A DNA stretch of 64,000 nucleotides from Squalus acanthias (Eukaryota). Numbering within the stretch: the stretch's first letter is position 1; every line of letters starts with the position of its first letter. Positions 40,201 through 51,654 of the stretch are shown here, piece by piece. The stretch spans positions 152,150,001-152,214,000 of the forward strand of contig CM059431.1 in NCBI GenBank assembly GCA_030390025.1. The letters run 5' to 3'. The notes below the pieces were generated by a model. It saw only the letters and a program-made list of their open reading frames with translations, searched no databases and was not told where the DNA came from. Both the position numbers and the translations under genes were made by a program.

Positions 40201-41482
40201 TTATGACTCTATGACTATAACTCCACTGCTGAAGCTCAACATGACTGTTCTCTTTGAATCTTATGCGATACGTGCCTTGTTATAACGGGAATCGAGTATG
40301 TTCACCCGGGCAAAGAAGCAAAGAAATGTTTCCTGATACCTGTTCATTTTCGCAACAATAATCTATTTTTGTCCCAACTGAAGGAAGGCAAATCAAAAAC
40401 GGAACACAATCTGCAATTAAGCTCTAGTTAGGATAGGAAGCCCGGGTTTGATCTTCATATTTTGTTAACCAAGTTCCGAATCAATGCCCAGGGAGATTTC
40501 ACTAATCTCACCAGCCCTTCCCTGAATCTGGTTTGAGTCGCTGCATAAATGCACGTGTTTGTGCAGGAGCTCAAGTACATGAGCATAAATCCGGTTGCAG
40601 AGGCGATGTATGCAGGAGATGAATAATCGGGTCGAACATGAATGGCCTGGGAGTTAATTAAATAACTGACGATAGATGTCAGCCATAACAATACAAAGCA
40701 GCCCGTTACAGTGAACAGTAAAATGATGGATTTCCTCCGGCTCTCCATCTCTGGATTGCTCTTATTCTCACTGCAGTGACCCCGGAGTCTCCTGCGGGCT
40801 ATACTGGCAGCTAGAATACGCCTGCCCGTCAAACAATTAAACAGAAATATCAAAGCGAAAGGAAGACCTGATGAAATAACAGTTTGGAACCAGACGAATG
40901 CTGTACCCGCAGGCGAGGTAAAAAAAGTCGCTTTTGAAGCAGCAACCCCAGTGAATCCCGTTAATGATTCGGTCAGTTCCAGATGACTACGATAAGGGGA
41001 TTTCGACCGAGCAGAGAAGAAGGGAGACCGTTGTTATGACGGCGGCCGCAGTTCTCACTGTGCAATATTTCGTTTTAAACTTCTCACAACTTATCGCGAC
41101 ATATCGGTCAAATGTGAAGGTGACGGTAAACCACACAGACATATGGAGGGTAACAGCATTTAGGTATATAAGCAACCTACAGACGGCAGTGAAGTTGAGG
41201 AATGAATGTGGAAAGTGATATGTAAAAACGCGGTACAGCAGCACATTGATGATCATGACCAGTAGATCTGCTGTTGCCATGGCCACCATGTAGACCGAGA
41301 TACCTTTGGAAAGACCGCATTTTCCTCCGGAGAGAATCACGATTGTCAGTAGGTTCGCTGTAAGAAAGAGGAACAAGCGATCAGTAACGGGCACACTCGG
41401 ATAAATCTCACACCATGTTGTGTGGAAGTGTGCAGATATGTCCCTGTGCAGGCTGATTTATAATTATATAGGCGAGCGTTAA

Positions 41483-41919
41483 ACATAGAAACATAGAAAC
41501 ATAGAATCTAGGAGCAGGAGTAGGCCATTCGGCCCGTCGAGCCTGCTCCGCCATTCAATACGATCATGGCTGATCATCCAAATCCAGTACCCTGTCCCTG
41601 CTTTAATCCCCACAGTGCACATATCCCACCCTACCCCCGTAACCCCACGTATTTAATTCCCCCTAACATATCCCATCCTATCCCCATAACCCCACATATT
41701 TAATCCCCCCTAACACTAAGGGTCAATTTATCATAGCCAAATCAACCTAACCCACACATTTTTGGACTGTGGGAGGAAACCGGAGCACCCGGAGGAAACC
41801 CACGCAGACACGGGGAGAATGTGCAAACTCCACACAGACAGTCACCCGAGGTCAGATTCGAACCCGGGTCTCTGGCGCTGTGAGGCACCAGTGCTAACCA
41901 CTATGCCACCGTGTTGCCC
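41483..41919 (-). mobile_element. Full-length V-SINE (HE1-like): tRNA head, V domain and CR1-type tail
   Basis: A box TGGCATAGTGG, B box GGTTCGAATC, V core GTGGAGTTTGCACATTCTCCCCGTGTCTGCGTGGGTTTCC, (TTTCTATG)n tail and TSD GTTAA. The site is empty in copies A and D. Confidence 0.9.
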
Positions 41920-42421
41920 GTTAACGAAGAGTCTTTAAAAAAAAACTTTGAACACTCAATATAGAGGGACTGAAAATACGCCGTCCTTCTCTGCAGACTT
42001 CAGACAGATATTGTCAAATATTAAATGTAACTTCACAGCAATGAATACAATGATATGAATTCAAATGATACATTCATTTGAGAGAACATCATTCATTTTA
42101 GGTCGGAATTCAGCGCTTTTAATATGCACCGTGCGGATAAATGGCAGGTAACATAAGCGCCACAGAAGTGCAAGGCAATGAATATATTCAACAAGCGAGA
42201 GTCCAACCAACGTCCCTTGACATTCAATGGTATTAGAATCGCCCAATCCCCCCACCATCAAATTCCTGGTTGTCACCATTGACCAGAAACTTAACGGGAC
42301 CAGCTACATAAATACTGTTGCAACAGTAGCAGGTCAAAGGCAAGGTATTCAGTGGCGAGTGTCTCTTCGCGAGTCTCCCCAAAGACTTTCTACCACCTAC
42401 AAGGCACAAGCAAGGAGTGTT

Positions 42422-42870
42422 CCTTTTTATTCATATTTGGGATGTGGGCGCCGCTGGCAAGGCCAGCATTTCTTACCCATCCGTGATTGCCCTTCAGAAG
42501 TTGGTGGTTCGCAGCCTTCTTGAAACGCTGCAGTCCGTGTGCTGAAGGTACTTCCACAGTGCTGTTAGGGATGGATTTCCAGGATTTTGACCCAGCGTCG
42601 ATGAATGATCGGCGATATACTTCTAAGTCAGGATGATGTGTGACTTGGAGGGGAACTTGGAGGTGGTGGTGTTCCCATTCGCCTGCTGGCCTTACCTTCT
42701 AGGTGGAATAGGTCGCGGGTTTGGGAGGTGCTGCCGAAGAAACCTTGGCGAGTTGCTGCAGTGCATCTTGTAGATGGAACACACTGCAGCCGTGGTACGC
42801 CGGTGATGGAGGAAGTGAATGCTTAAGGTGGTGGATGGGGTGCTAATCAAGCTGGCTGCTTTGTCCTGGA
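42422..42870 (-). mobile_element. Zenon-like LINE 3' fragment inserted antisense into a copy of its own family
   Basis: IQDKAASLIS...HRRT.AAVC.IYKMHCSN on the minus strand. Confidence 0.75.
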
Positions 42871-43257
42871 TGGAATACTCTCCACTTCCCTGAATGAGTG
42901 GAGCTCCAACAACACTCAAGTAGCTCGACATCATCCAAGACAAAGCAGCATGCTTGATTGGCTCCCCATACAACACCTTAAACATTCAACCCCTTCCCCA
43001 CCGACGGACCATGGCTGCAGTGTGTACCATCTTCAAGATGCACTGCAGCAACACGCCAAGGCTTCTTTGACAGCACCTCCGAAACCCGCGACCTCTTTCA
43101 CCTAGATGGAGAAGGGCAGCAGTCGCATGGGAACTCCACGACCTCCAAGATCCCCTCCAAGTCACACATTATCCTGACTTAGAAGTATATCGGCGATCTT
43201 TCATAGTCACTGGATCAAAATGCTGGAACTCTCTACCTAACAGCACTGTGGGAGTAC

Positions 43258-44665
43258 TGTAGGATAGAGTGTACCTGTAGGATTTATTAAACATTATTAA
43301 GATTGCATAACCATTATTAAAGAACTAAATTGTATGTTAAAAACCTAAAAAAGCCAGTATAAAATGGAGAATGGCTGAGACCAAAGCATGATGGTAAATT
43401 TAAGCCAACATTGGCCCAGAAATTGATCTCGCTCTGTTCCCGCGGGGGTAAGGAGCAGGGGCCAATTCTCACTCCGCTTTGGCTTTTTCAGATCCAGCTC
43501 GCACGAACTTGCTGTTCCAGACATCAGCTGGGCAGTGCTTGCGTATCCCACCGGCGAAGTGAATTCGTGCGAGCTGTGGGATCACGTGACTCAGTTAGAG
43601 CCAATGGCAGCACACCATCTTCCATTCATAAGTTTCATATACGTGCTGTGAAAGCTATGAATCTTACACCCCCCCAAAATAACAGCTAAACCACAATTAA
43701 ATTTAAAAAACCCATCACATTAATAAAATAAGTATAGTTAAATAAATTAACCATTTAAAATTTAAAATCTTTTAAAAAGTTATAAAAATAAACTTACCTG
43801 TCTTTAAAGTCTCTAAAAAAGATATACCTGTTAAAAAAATTCAAAATAATACTTAATTCACTGCTTACCTTGTTAAAAGTGGGACCTTGCTCCTCCTTTT
43901 TCCATTTCTAAAATCTTCCGTCCTTACCTGCGCGTCCAAATCACTAAGTGCACAGCGTGCGCGCAACCTGTACCGCGCACGCGGTGCACCGAGGAAACGC
44001 CCCCTTTTCCAAAGACCAAGTGCCGGTTTTCAGCGCATGCGCAGTGCATGCAGAAAACCGGCAATTGGAGAGAGAATACGCGAGAGTACGCAGTTCGTAC
44101 TCTCGCGCAGCGGGATCAATTTTTGGCCCATTATGTTAACTGCGAGAATAGTGCTCAGGTAGTATAGGTTTTATCTTATGTTAAAAACAAAAAGGCAATG
44201 AAGGACAAAACATAGATAATGGGTAATGGGAAAGGCAAAAGATGTAAAAGTTCTCAGAGAAAAGCTCACAGCTGAAAAAGGGAGGGAATCATAGACCGTA
44301 CTTGTGACGTTCAGAATGGAGTGACAGCCCAAGCAGTTGCAAATTGCTGTGTATTTTGACGAAACAAAAAGGTATAAAGCAACAGCTATTGAACACTGAA
44401 AGCAGCGCGCAGCGAGAAACCAGAGGATTAGAAGCTTCAGTCAACATAACACAGCAAGATAATAAAGAAACCGCGCCACAGTCACTCGGAAGGAACGCCG
44501 TGGTTCAGCGAACAAATTGTGACTATCGTCTTGTTCAGTAGTACTTTCTCTGTACTGTATGTTTAATGCTTAATAAACCTGCTTTACTTATACACAATAT
44601 ACCTGTACCCAGAGTGGTTTGTGTAGTCGCGGACAAATTATTATAAGGAGCTTTTAAAAGCTACA
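43258..44665 (+). mobile_element. Solo LTR of a different family (about 690 bp without the nested MITE)
   Basis: TGTAG...CTACA termini, TSD GTAC (43254-57 and 44666-69), TATAAA at ~44373 and AATAAA at ~44572. Confidence 0.8.
43413..44129 (-). mobile_element. Second copy of the same MITE, inverted and nested in a solo LTR
   Basis: TIR GGCCCAGAAATTGATC...GATCAATTTTTGGCCC with TSD ATT (43410-12 and 44130-32). Reverse complement of 9397-10137. Confidence 0.78.
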
Positions 44666-45438
44666 GTACATTCACCACACGGATGCAGCGGTGCAAGGTG
44701 GCGGCTCACCACTACCTTCTCAAAGGCAATTAAGGATGACCTTGTCAGCGACGCCCACATCCCACAAACGAATAATAAACAATCGCCTGTGAAGCCCGGG
44801 TTTAGGGGGAGCTGCTCGGTAACAGAGCGGGAGCTGGTGGAGACGCGAAGGTTCTTGGCTGCCGAGGGGAGTGGAGCAGCTGCCTGATAGGCAATTATTG
44901 CTGAAACTTTCTTTCAAAGTCCCCTGTTGGGTGGAGATGGCTGCAGTCCGAGCCGAGCAATTATCAACGTAAAATAAACAGGGTACAAGTGTACAACTGA
45001 TGTGATTACCATCCTGTACTGTCCTGTACTGATCTCTATATTGTTGGAGGGGCCGGTCGGAGTCAGCTTCGCCCTCCCTCAGTTCAGGGAGGAAAGGCGA
45101 GCGCCCGGTACTCACGATCTACCGACCCGCTTCTCCGGTCGAGCGGACTGGTTGGCTTCTCACTGATGTTCACCAACTTATCCTGAAGGATAAGTGACAC
45201 TGCAATGAGAACATTCTCGGAATCATTACATAATCATTAACACTGAGATAATCAACAGCCATTAGACAACAGGATACACTGACTTACCGGGAATGCCAAA
45301 GGTTGCGAGAGCAGGATAGTAAATAATGCGGACCAGTTCAATTGTTGGCAGCAACATTTTTTTTTAACAAGAATATGTGACTTCTGTCCGGCTTTACGGT
45401 TAGCGTCAAAGTGTACATGCGATCCTTAAACACTCTCC

Positions 45439-45490
45439 TTTTATAGAAAACTCGCTGCCCCGGTGAGACTTTTAGTCACACGACAATTGG
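45439..45490 (-). promoter_or_regulatory. Paralogous TATA/CCAAT promoter of copy C
   Basis: TATAAAA at 45445-45439 and CCAAT at 45490-45486, same spacing as copy A. Confidence 0.55.
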
Positions 45491-45774
45491 CGTCAGTAAC
45501 AGTCACTAAATTAACAAGGCAAGATTCTCCGCATCAGTGTGCCTGGGACAACAAAGGTTACATTTTACAATTCAGTTCATAAAACTCCGACATTTCAAAT
45601 GAATGGACGGGAACTCATAGCAGATGGAATGTACTGTGCACAAGCACCGTGATCCATCACGGGAACATCCCACACGGGCAGTGCGTTAGGTTACTGTTGC
45701 CTCCTAATAATTCGTGAAATCTATAACTCATCCATTAGATTGCTTAATTTAGCCAGCTACCATGCTGATAAATG

Positions 45775-47940
45775 TAGGTGACCCTACACTAACCTTACTG
45801 GTGCTGACTCTAATCTAAAATTACTGGTGGTGACCCTAATCTAACAATACTGGTTGTGAATTCACTCTAATATTACTAGTGGTGACTATATTCTAACATT
45901 ACTGGTTGTGACCCTACTCTAACAGTACTGGTGGTAACCCTACTCTAACGTTAATGGTGGTGACTTTACTCTAACATTACTGGTGGTGACCCTACTCGAG
46001 CACAACTGGTGTTGAATATATTCTAACAGTACTGGTGGTGACTCCACTCTAACATTACTGGTGATGACCCTACTCTAACTTTATTGGTGATGAAACTACT
46101 CTGACATTACAAGTGGTGATCATAATGTAACATTACTGGTGGTGACTCTACTATGAATTTATTGGTGGTGATCATACTTTGACATTACTGGAGGTGACCC
46201 TGCTCTCACATTTCTGGAGAGGACCCTCCTCTAAAATTACTGCTGGTGACTCGACACTAACATTACTGATGAGGACACTACTTAACATTACTGATGATGA
46301 CTCTGCTCTAACATTACTGTTAAGGAACCTACTCTAACATTATTGGTCTACATTTACACTCGCATTACCGGTGGTGACCCGATTCTAACATTACTGGTGA
46401 TGACCTTACTCTAACGTTAACGGCGGAGACCTTACTCTACCATTACCAGGTGTAACTCCGGTCTAACCTTACTGGTGATGAGTCTAGTCAAAATTAACTG
46501 GCGGATAAATACGGTGAACTAACTGGCGATGACCATACACTAACACGACTGGAGGTGACTCTATTCTAACACTATTGTTGGTGACTTTACTCTAGCATTA
46601 CTTGTGGTGACGCTAATCTAGCACTACTGGTGGTGACTCTACTCGAACATTACTGGTGTTGACTATACATTAACATTAATGGTGGAGCCTCTACTCAAAC
46701 GTTATTGGTGGTGACCCTACTCTAACATTACTGGTTGTGACTCTACTTTAACATTGCTGATGGTGACTCTACTCAAACGTTACTGCTGGTGACTATACTT
46801 TAACATTATGTTGGTGACCTTACTCTGACATTACTGGTGGTGACTCTACATTAACATTACTGGTGAGGAACCGACTCTAACATTAGTGGTGGTGACTCTA
46901 CTCTAACATTACTGATGCTGCCCTACGCTAACATTATTGGTGGTGACTCTACTCTAACATTACTGGTGATGACCCTACTCTAACATTACTGGTGATGACC
47001 CTACTCTAACATTATTGGTGATGACATTACTCTTATATTACTAGTGTTGATCATACTCTAACATTACAGATGGTATACTCTAACATTATCGATGTTGACT
47101 CTACTCTATCATTACTGGAGGTGACACTGCTCTAACATGTCTGGTGAGGTCCATACTCTAAAATTACTGTTGGAGAGTCTACTCTAACATTACTGGTGAG
47201 GACACTACTTAACATTCCTGGTGGTGACTCGAATCTAACATTACTGGTGACGAACCAACTCTTATATATCTGGTGATGAATCTACACGAGCATGACCGGT
47301 GGTGACCCGTTTTTACCATTATTGGTGATGATCCTACTCTAACTTTAATTGCGGAGACCATACTCTAACATTATTTGCTCTGACTCCGCTTTAGCATTAC
47401 TGGGGATAAGTCTAGTCAAACACGACTGGTGGTGAGTCTACTCTAACACTAATGTTGGTTACTCTACTCGAGCATTACTTGTGCTGACCATAATCTAGCA
47501 TTACTGGTGGTGACTCTACTCGAACATTACTGGTGTTGACTATATTTAACATTAATTGTGGTGACACTACAACAACATTACTGCTGTTGACTCTACTTTA
47601 ACATTAATTGTGGTGACGCTACTTTAACATTACTGGGGAAGACTCTAATGTAACGTTACTAGTGGTAACTGTAATCTAACATTACTGATGATGAACCTAC
47701 TCTACCATTACTGATGTTGACCCTACTCTAACATTACTGGTGGTGACCCTACTCTAGCATTACTGGCATGATTCTACACTAACATTACTGGTGATGACTC
47801 TGCTCTAACATTACTGGTTGTAACTCTACTATGACATCACTGGTGGAGATTCTACTCTAACATTATTGATGATGACCCTACTCAAACTTTACCGATGTTG
47901 AACCTTCTCTAACATAACTGGTGGTGATCATAAACTAACA
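45775..47940 (+). repeat. 26-bp minisatellite, unit C (roughly 80 copies)
   Basis: Same consensus as unit A. Confidence 0.95.
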
Positions 47941-47944
47941 TGTC

Positions 47945-48875
47945 ATAATTGATATGACACGTTTGATAATTGATAATGCACGCTTTATAATTGATAATAC
48001 GCGCTTAATAATTGGCAATGCGCACTTCATAATTGATAGGACTCGTTTGATAATTGAAAGGAGACGCCTGATAATTGACAGAACGTGCTTGATATTTGGT
48101 AATACACGCTTGATAATTGATAGGACATGCTTGATAATTGATAGGATATGCTAGAGAATGGATAACACACGCTTGATAATTGATAGGATATGTTTGCTAA
48201 TTGATAATACACGTTTGATAATTGATAGGACATGCTTGATAATAGATAATACACGCTTGATTATTGCTAATCCAGGCTTGATAAATGATAATTCACGCTT
48301 GATAATTGATTATACAAGCTTGATAAATGATAATAAACGCTTGATAATGGACAGGACGTGCTTGATAATTGATAATACACGCTTGATAATTGATTGGACT
48401 TGCTTGATATTTGATAGGATATGCTTAATGATTGACATAACCGCCTTGATTATTGATCGGTCATGCAGGATAATTTATAAAACAAGCTTGATAATTGATA
48501 ATACATGCTTGATAATTGATAATACACGCTTGATAATTGATAGGACACGCTTGATAATTGATAATACACGCTTGTCAATTGATAATTCACGCTAGAGAAT
48601 TGATAATACACGCTCGATATTTGATAATACACGCTTGATACTTCACAGGCCACTCCAGCCAATTAATAATGGACGCTTGATAATTGATAATACAAGCTTG
48701 ATAATTGATAATCCACCCTTGATTATCGATTGGACATTTTAATAATTGATTATTCACGCGTGTTAATTAATAATACATGTCTGATAATTGATAGGACACG
48801 CTGGATATTTGATAATACACGCTTGATAATTGACAGAACACTATTGATAATTGATATCACCACCTTGATTATTAT
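47945..48875 (+). repeat. 21-bp minisatellite at the C/D boundary (resumes at 51220-51580)
   Basis: Same consensus; split by TE insertions. Confidence 0.95.
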
Positions 48876-49200
48876 TATGATGTGGAGATGCCGGTGTTGG
48901 ACTGGCGAGGACAAAGGTGAGAAGTCGCACAACAACAGGTTATAGTCCAACAGCTTTATTTGAAATCACAATCTTTCGGAGCACTGCTCGTTCGTCAGGT
49001 GAAGTGAAGAGATGCATATAGGCACAGCATATATAGTCAGAGAACACTGCCAGATGATTACAGTTAATCTTTCCAACTGCCCTTTATCACACCTCATCAG
49101 AGAGATAATCACGGCAATCAAAGATGTGGATGGTGTCCAAACAGGTCAGTCAGGAAAACATTACATCAAAGACAATGTGGCAGATGCTGGGGTCTGTATG
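48876..49200 (-). mobile_element. Terminal fragment of a second Penelope-like family
   Basis: Minus strand tcacCTGACGA.cgagcagtgctcc.GAAA..gtga hammerhead core followed by AATAAA. Confidence 0.6.
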
Positions 49201-49309
49201 GAAAACAAAAACATTTTTTGCTGGAAATCACAGCAGGACTCGATTCGTCGTTGGCTTTACACAGATGCGGCCGGATCTGCTGTGATTTCCTGCAATAAAA
49301 TGTTTTGGG

Positions 49310-50875
49310 TTGGGTCTAGGACACTGCCCTGAGGAAATCCTGCAGCGACGTCCTGGGGCTGTGAAAATTGAACTTCAACCACCACAACCATGTTCCTTGT
49401 GCTAGGTATGACTCCAGTCAGGGAAGCGTTTTCCCCCTGATTCCCATTGACTTCAGTTTTACTAGGGCTCCTTGATGCCAGACTCGGTCAAATGCTGCCT
49501 TGATGCCAAGGGCAGTCACTCTCACCTCACCTCTGGAATTCAGCTCCTTTGTCCATGTTTGGACCAAGGCTGTAATGAGGTCGGGAGCCGAGTGGTCTTG
49601 GCGGAACCCAAACTGGGCATCAGTAAGCAGGTTATTGGTGAGTAAGTGCCGCTTGATAGCACTTTCGATGACACCTTCCATCACTTTGCTGATGATTGAC
49701 AGTAGACTGATGGGGCGGTAATTGGCCGGGTGGATTTGTACTGCTTTTTGTGGACAGGACATACCTGGGCTGTTTTCCACATTTTCGGATAGATGCCACT
49801 GTTGTAGCTGTACTGGAACAGCTTGGATAGTGGCGTGGCTAGTTCTCGAACACAAGGCTCCAGCACGATTGCCTGGATGTTGTCGGGGCCCACAGCCTTT
49901 GCTGTATCCAGTGCGCTCAGCCGTTTCTTGATACCACTTGGAGTGAATCGAATTTGCTGAAAACTGGCTTCTGTGATGGTGGGGACCTCGGGAGTAGGCC
50001 GATATGGATCATCCACTCTGCACTTCTGGCTGAAGTTGTTTGTAAACACTTCAGCCTTGTCTTTTGCACTCACGTGCTGGGCTCCGCCATCATTGAGGAT
50101 GCGGATATTCTTGGAGCCTCCTCCTCCCGCTAGTTGTCTAATGGTCCATCACCATTCACGACTGGATGTGGCAGATACTGCAGAGCTTTGAACTGATCCG
50201 TTGATTGTGGGATCGCTTAGCCCTGTCTATAGCATGCTGCTTCCGCTTTTTAGAATGCATTTAGTCCTGTTTTGCAGCTTCCCCAGGTTGGCACCTCATT
50301 TTTAGGTAAGCCTGGTGCTGCTCCTGCCACGCTCTTCTACACTCGTTGTTGAACCAAGGTTGGTCCTCTGGCTTGGTGGTAATGGTAGAATGATGGATAT
50401 GCTGGGCCATGAGTTTACAGATTGTGGTGGAATACAATTCTGCTGCTGCTGATGGCCCACAGAGCCTCATGGGCGCCCAGTTTAGAGCTGCTAGATCTTT
50501 TCTGAATCTATCCCATTTATCACGGTGCCACACAACACGCTGGAGGGTGTTCTCATTGTGAAGACGGGGCTTGGTCTCCTCAATGACTGTGCGGTGGTCA
50601 CTGCTTCCAATGCTGTCATGGACAGATGCAGCTGCGACAGGTAGACAAGAAGAAGGTGAGGACGATGTCAAGTAGGTTTTTCCCTCGTGTTGGTTCACTC
50701 ACTACCTGTCGCAGGCCCAGACTGGCAGTTATGTCCTTCAGAACTCGGCCAGCTCGGTGCTACCGAGCCACTCTTGCTGATGGACATTGAAGTCCCCCAA
50801 CCAGAGTACATTCTGTGCCCTTGCTACTCTCAGTGCTTCTTCCAAGTGGTGTTCAACATGGAGGAGTATTGACTC
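49310..50875 (-). mobile_element. Zenon-like LINE, EN-RT portion
   Basis: GDFNVH, QFGFRQDHSAPDL, IKAAFDRVWH. Confidence 0.85.
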
Positions 50876-50914
50876 GTCTAGTTTCATTCTTAATATTTTG
50901 TTTCGGAGCAGTTA

Positions 50915-51216
50915 GTTACAACTGAGTGACTTGCTGGACATTTCAGAGGGCAGTTAAGAGTCAACCACATTGCTGTGGGTCTGGAGTCACATATATGCCA
51001 GACCAGGTATAGGACATTAGTGAGCCAGATGGGGTGGACGACAATGCGATAGTTTCATGTGCACCATTACTGATGCTATCTCTTTATTCCAGATTTATTT
51101 TATTAACTGAATTTAAATTCCCCAGCTGCCGTGGTGGGATTTGAACTCACGGTTTCTGGATCATTAGTCCTACTGGATTACTAGCCCAGTGACATTACCA
51201 CTACGCTACCGTTCCC
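50915..51216 (-). mobile_element. tRNA-derived SINE-like head
   Basis: Reverse complement GGGAACGGTAGCGTAGTGG (A box)...GAGTTCAAATCCCACC (B box), then a core running into the LINE EN sequence. Confidence 0.7.
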
Positions 51217-51654
51217 ATTATGCTTGATAATTGATAGGACACGCTTGAAAATTGATTGGACATGCATGATAATTGGAAATACAGGCTTGATAATTGATAA
51301 TACACGATTAATATTTGATAATAAACGCTTGTGAATTGAAAGGACACACTTGATAATTGATAAGTCATGGAGGATAATTGATAATACAAGCTTGGTTTTT
51401 GATAGGATACAAATGGTAATTGATACTGCATTCTTGTTGATTGATAGGACATGCTTGATAATTGCTAGTACACGCTTGATAATTTGTAAGACATGGAGGA
51501 TAATTGAAAATACACGAGTAATAAGTGAAAGGACTTGCATGATAATTGACAATAGAAGCTTGATAATTGATAGGACATGCATGAGGGATGAATATAGCGA
51601 GGAATGTCCAGTGTTTGATGAATTCACTCCCTCGGTCCACAGAGAGAGCATTTG

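Larger units (their letters stand above)
40455..45357 (-). pseudogene. GPR139-like GPCR copy C, two-exon pseudogene
   Basis: Exon 1 45357-45288 (MLLPTIELVRIIYYPALATFGIP, GTAAGT donor). Exon 2 41357-40455 is 903 nt vs 902, with an in-frame TAG at 40989-40987 after TM4 and a +1 frameshift in the A7 run at 40920-40926. Confidence 0.88.
34262..51580 (+). repeat. Segmental duplication unit C
   Basis: Colinear with units A and D, plus private insertions (HE1-like SINE, LTR, MITE, LINE and PLE). Confidence 0.88.

Noticed and set aside
45775..47940. 26-bp arrays as CRISPR
   Set aside because: Head-to-tail repeats with no unique spacers, no cas genes, and a vertebrate context.
47954..48945. (IIDNTRL)n and (YQLSSVY)n repeat-protein ORFs, also at 11050-11667, 24687-25394 and 51181-51739
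   Set aside because: These are translations of the 21-bp minisatellite. They are open on both strands, frequently interrupted and split by TEs.
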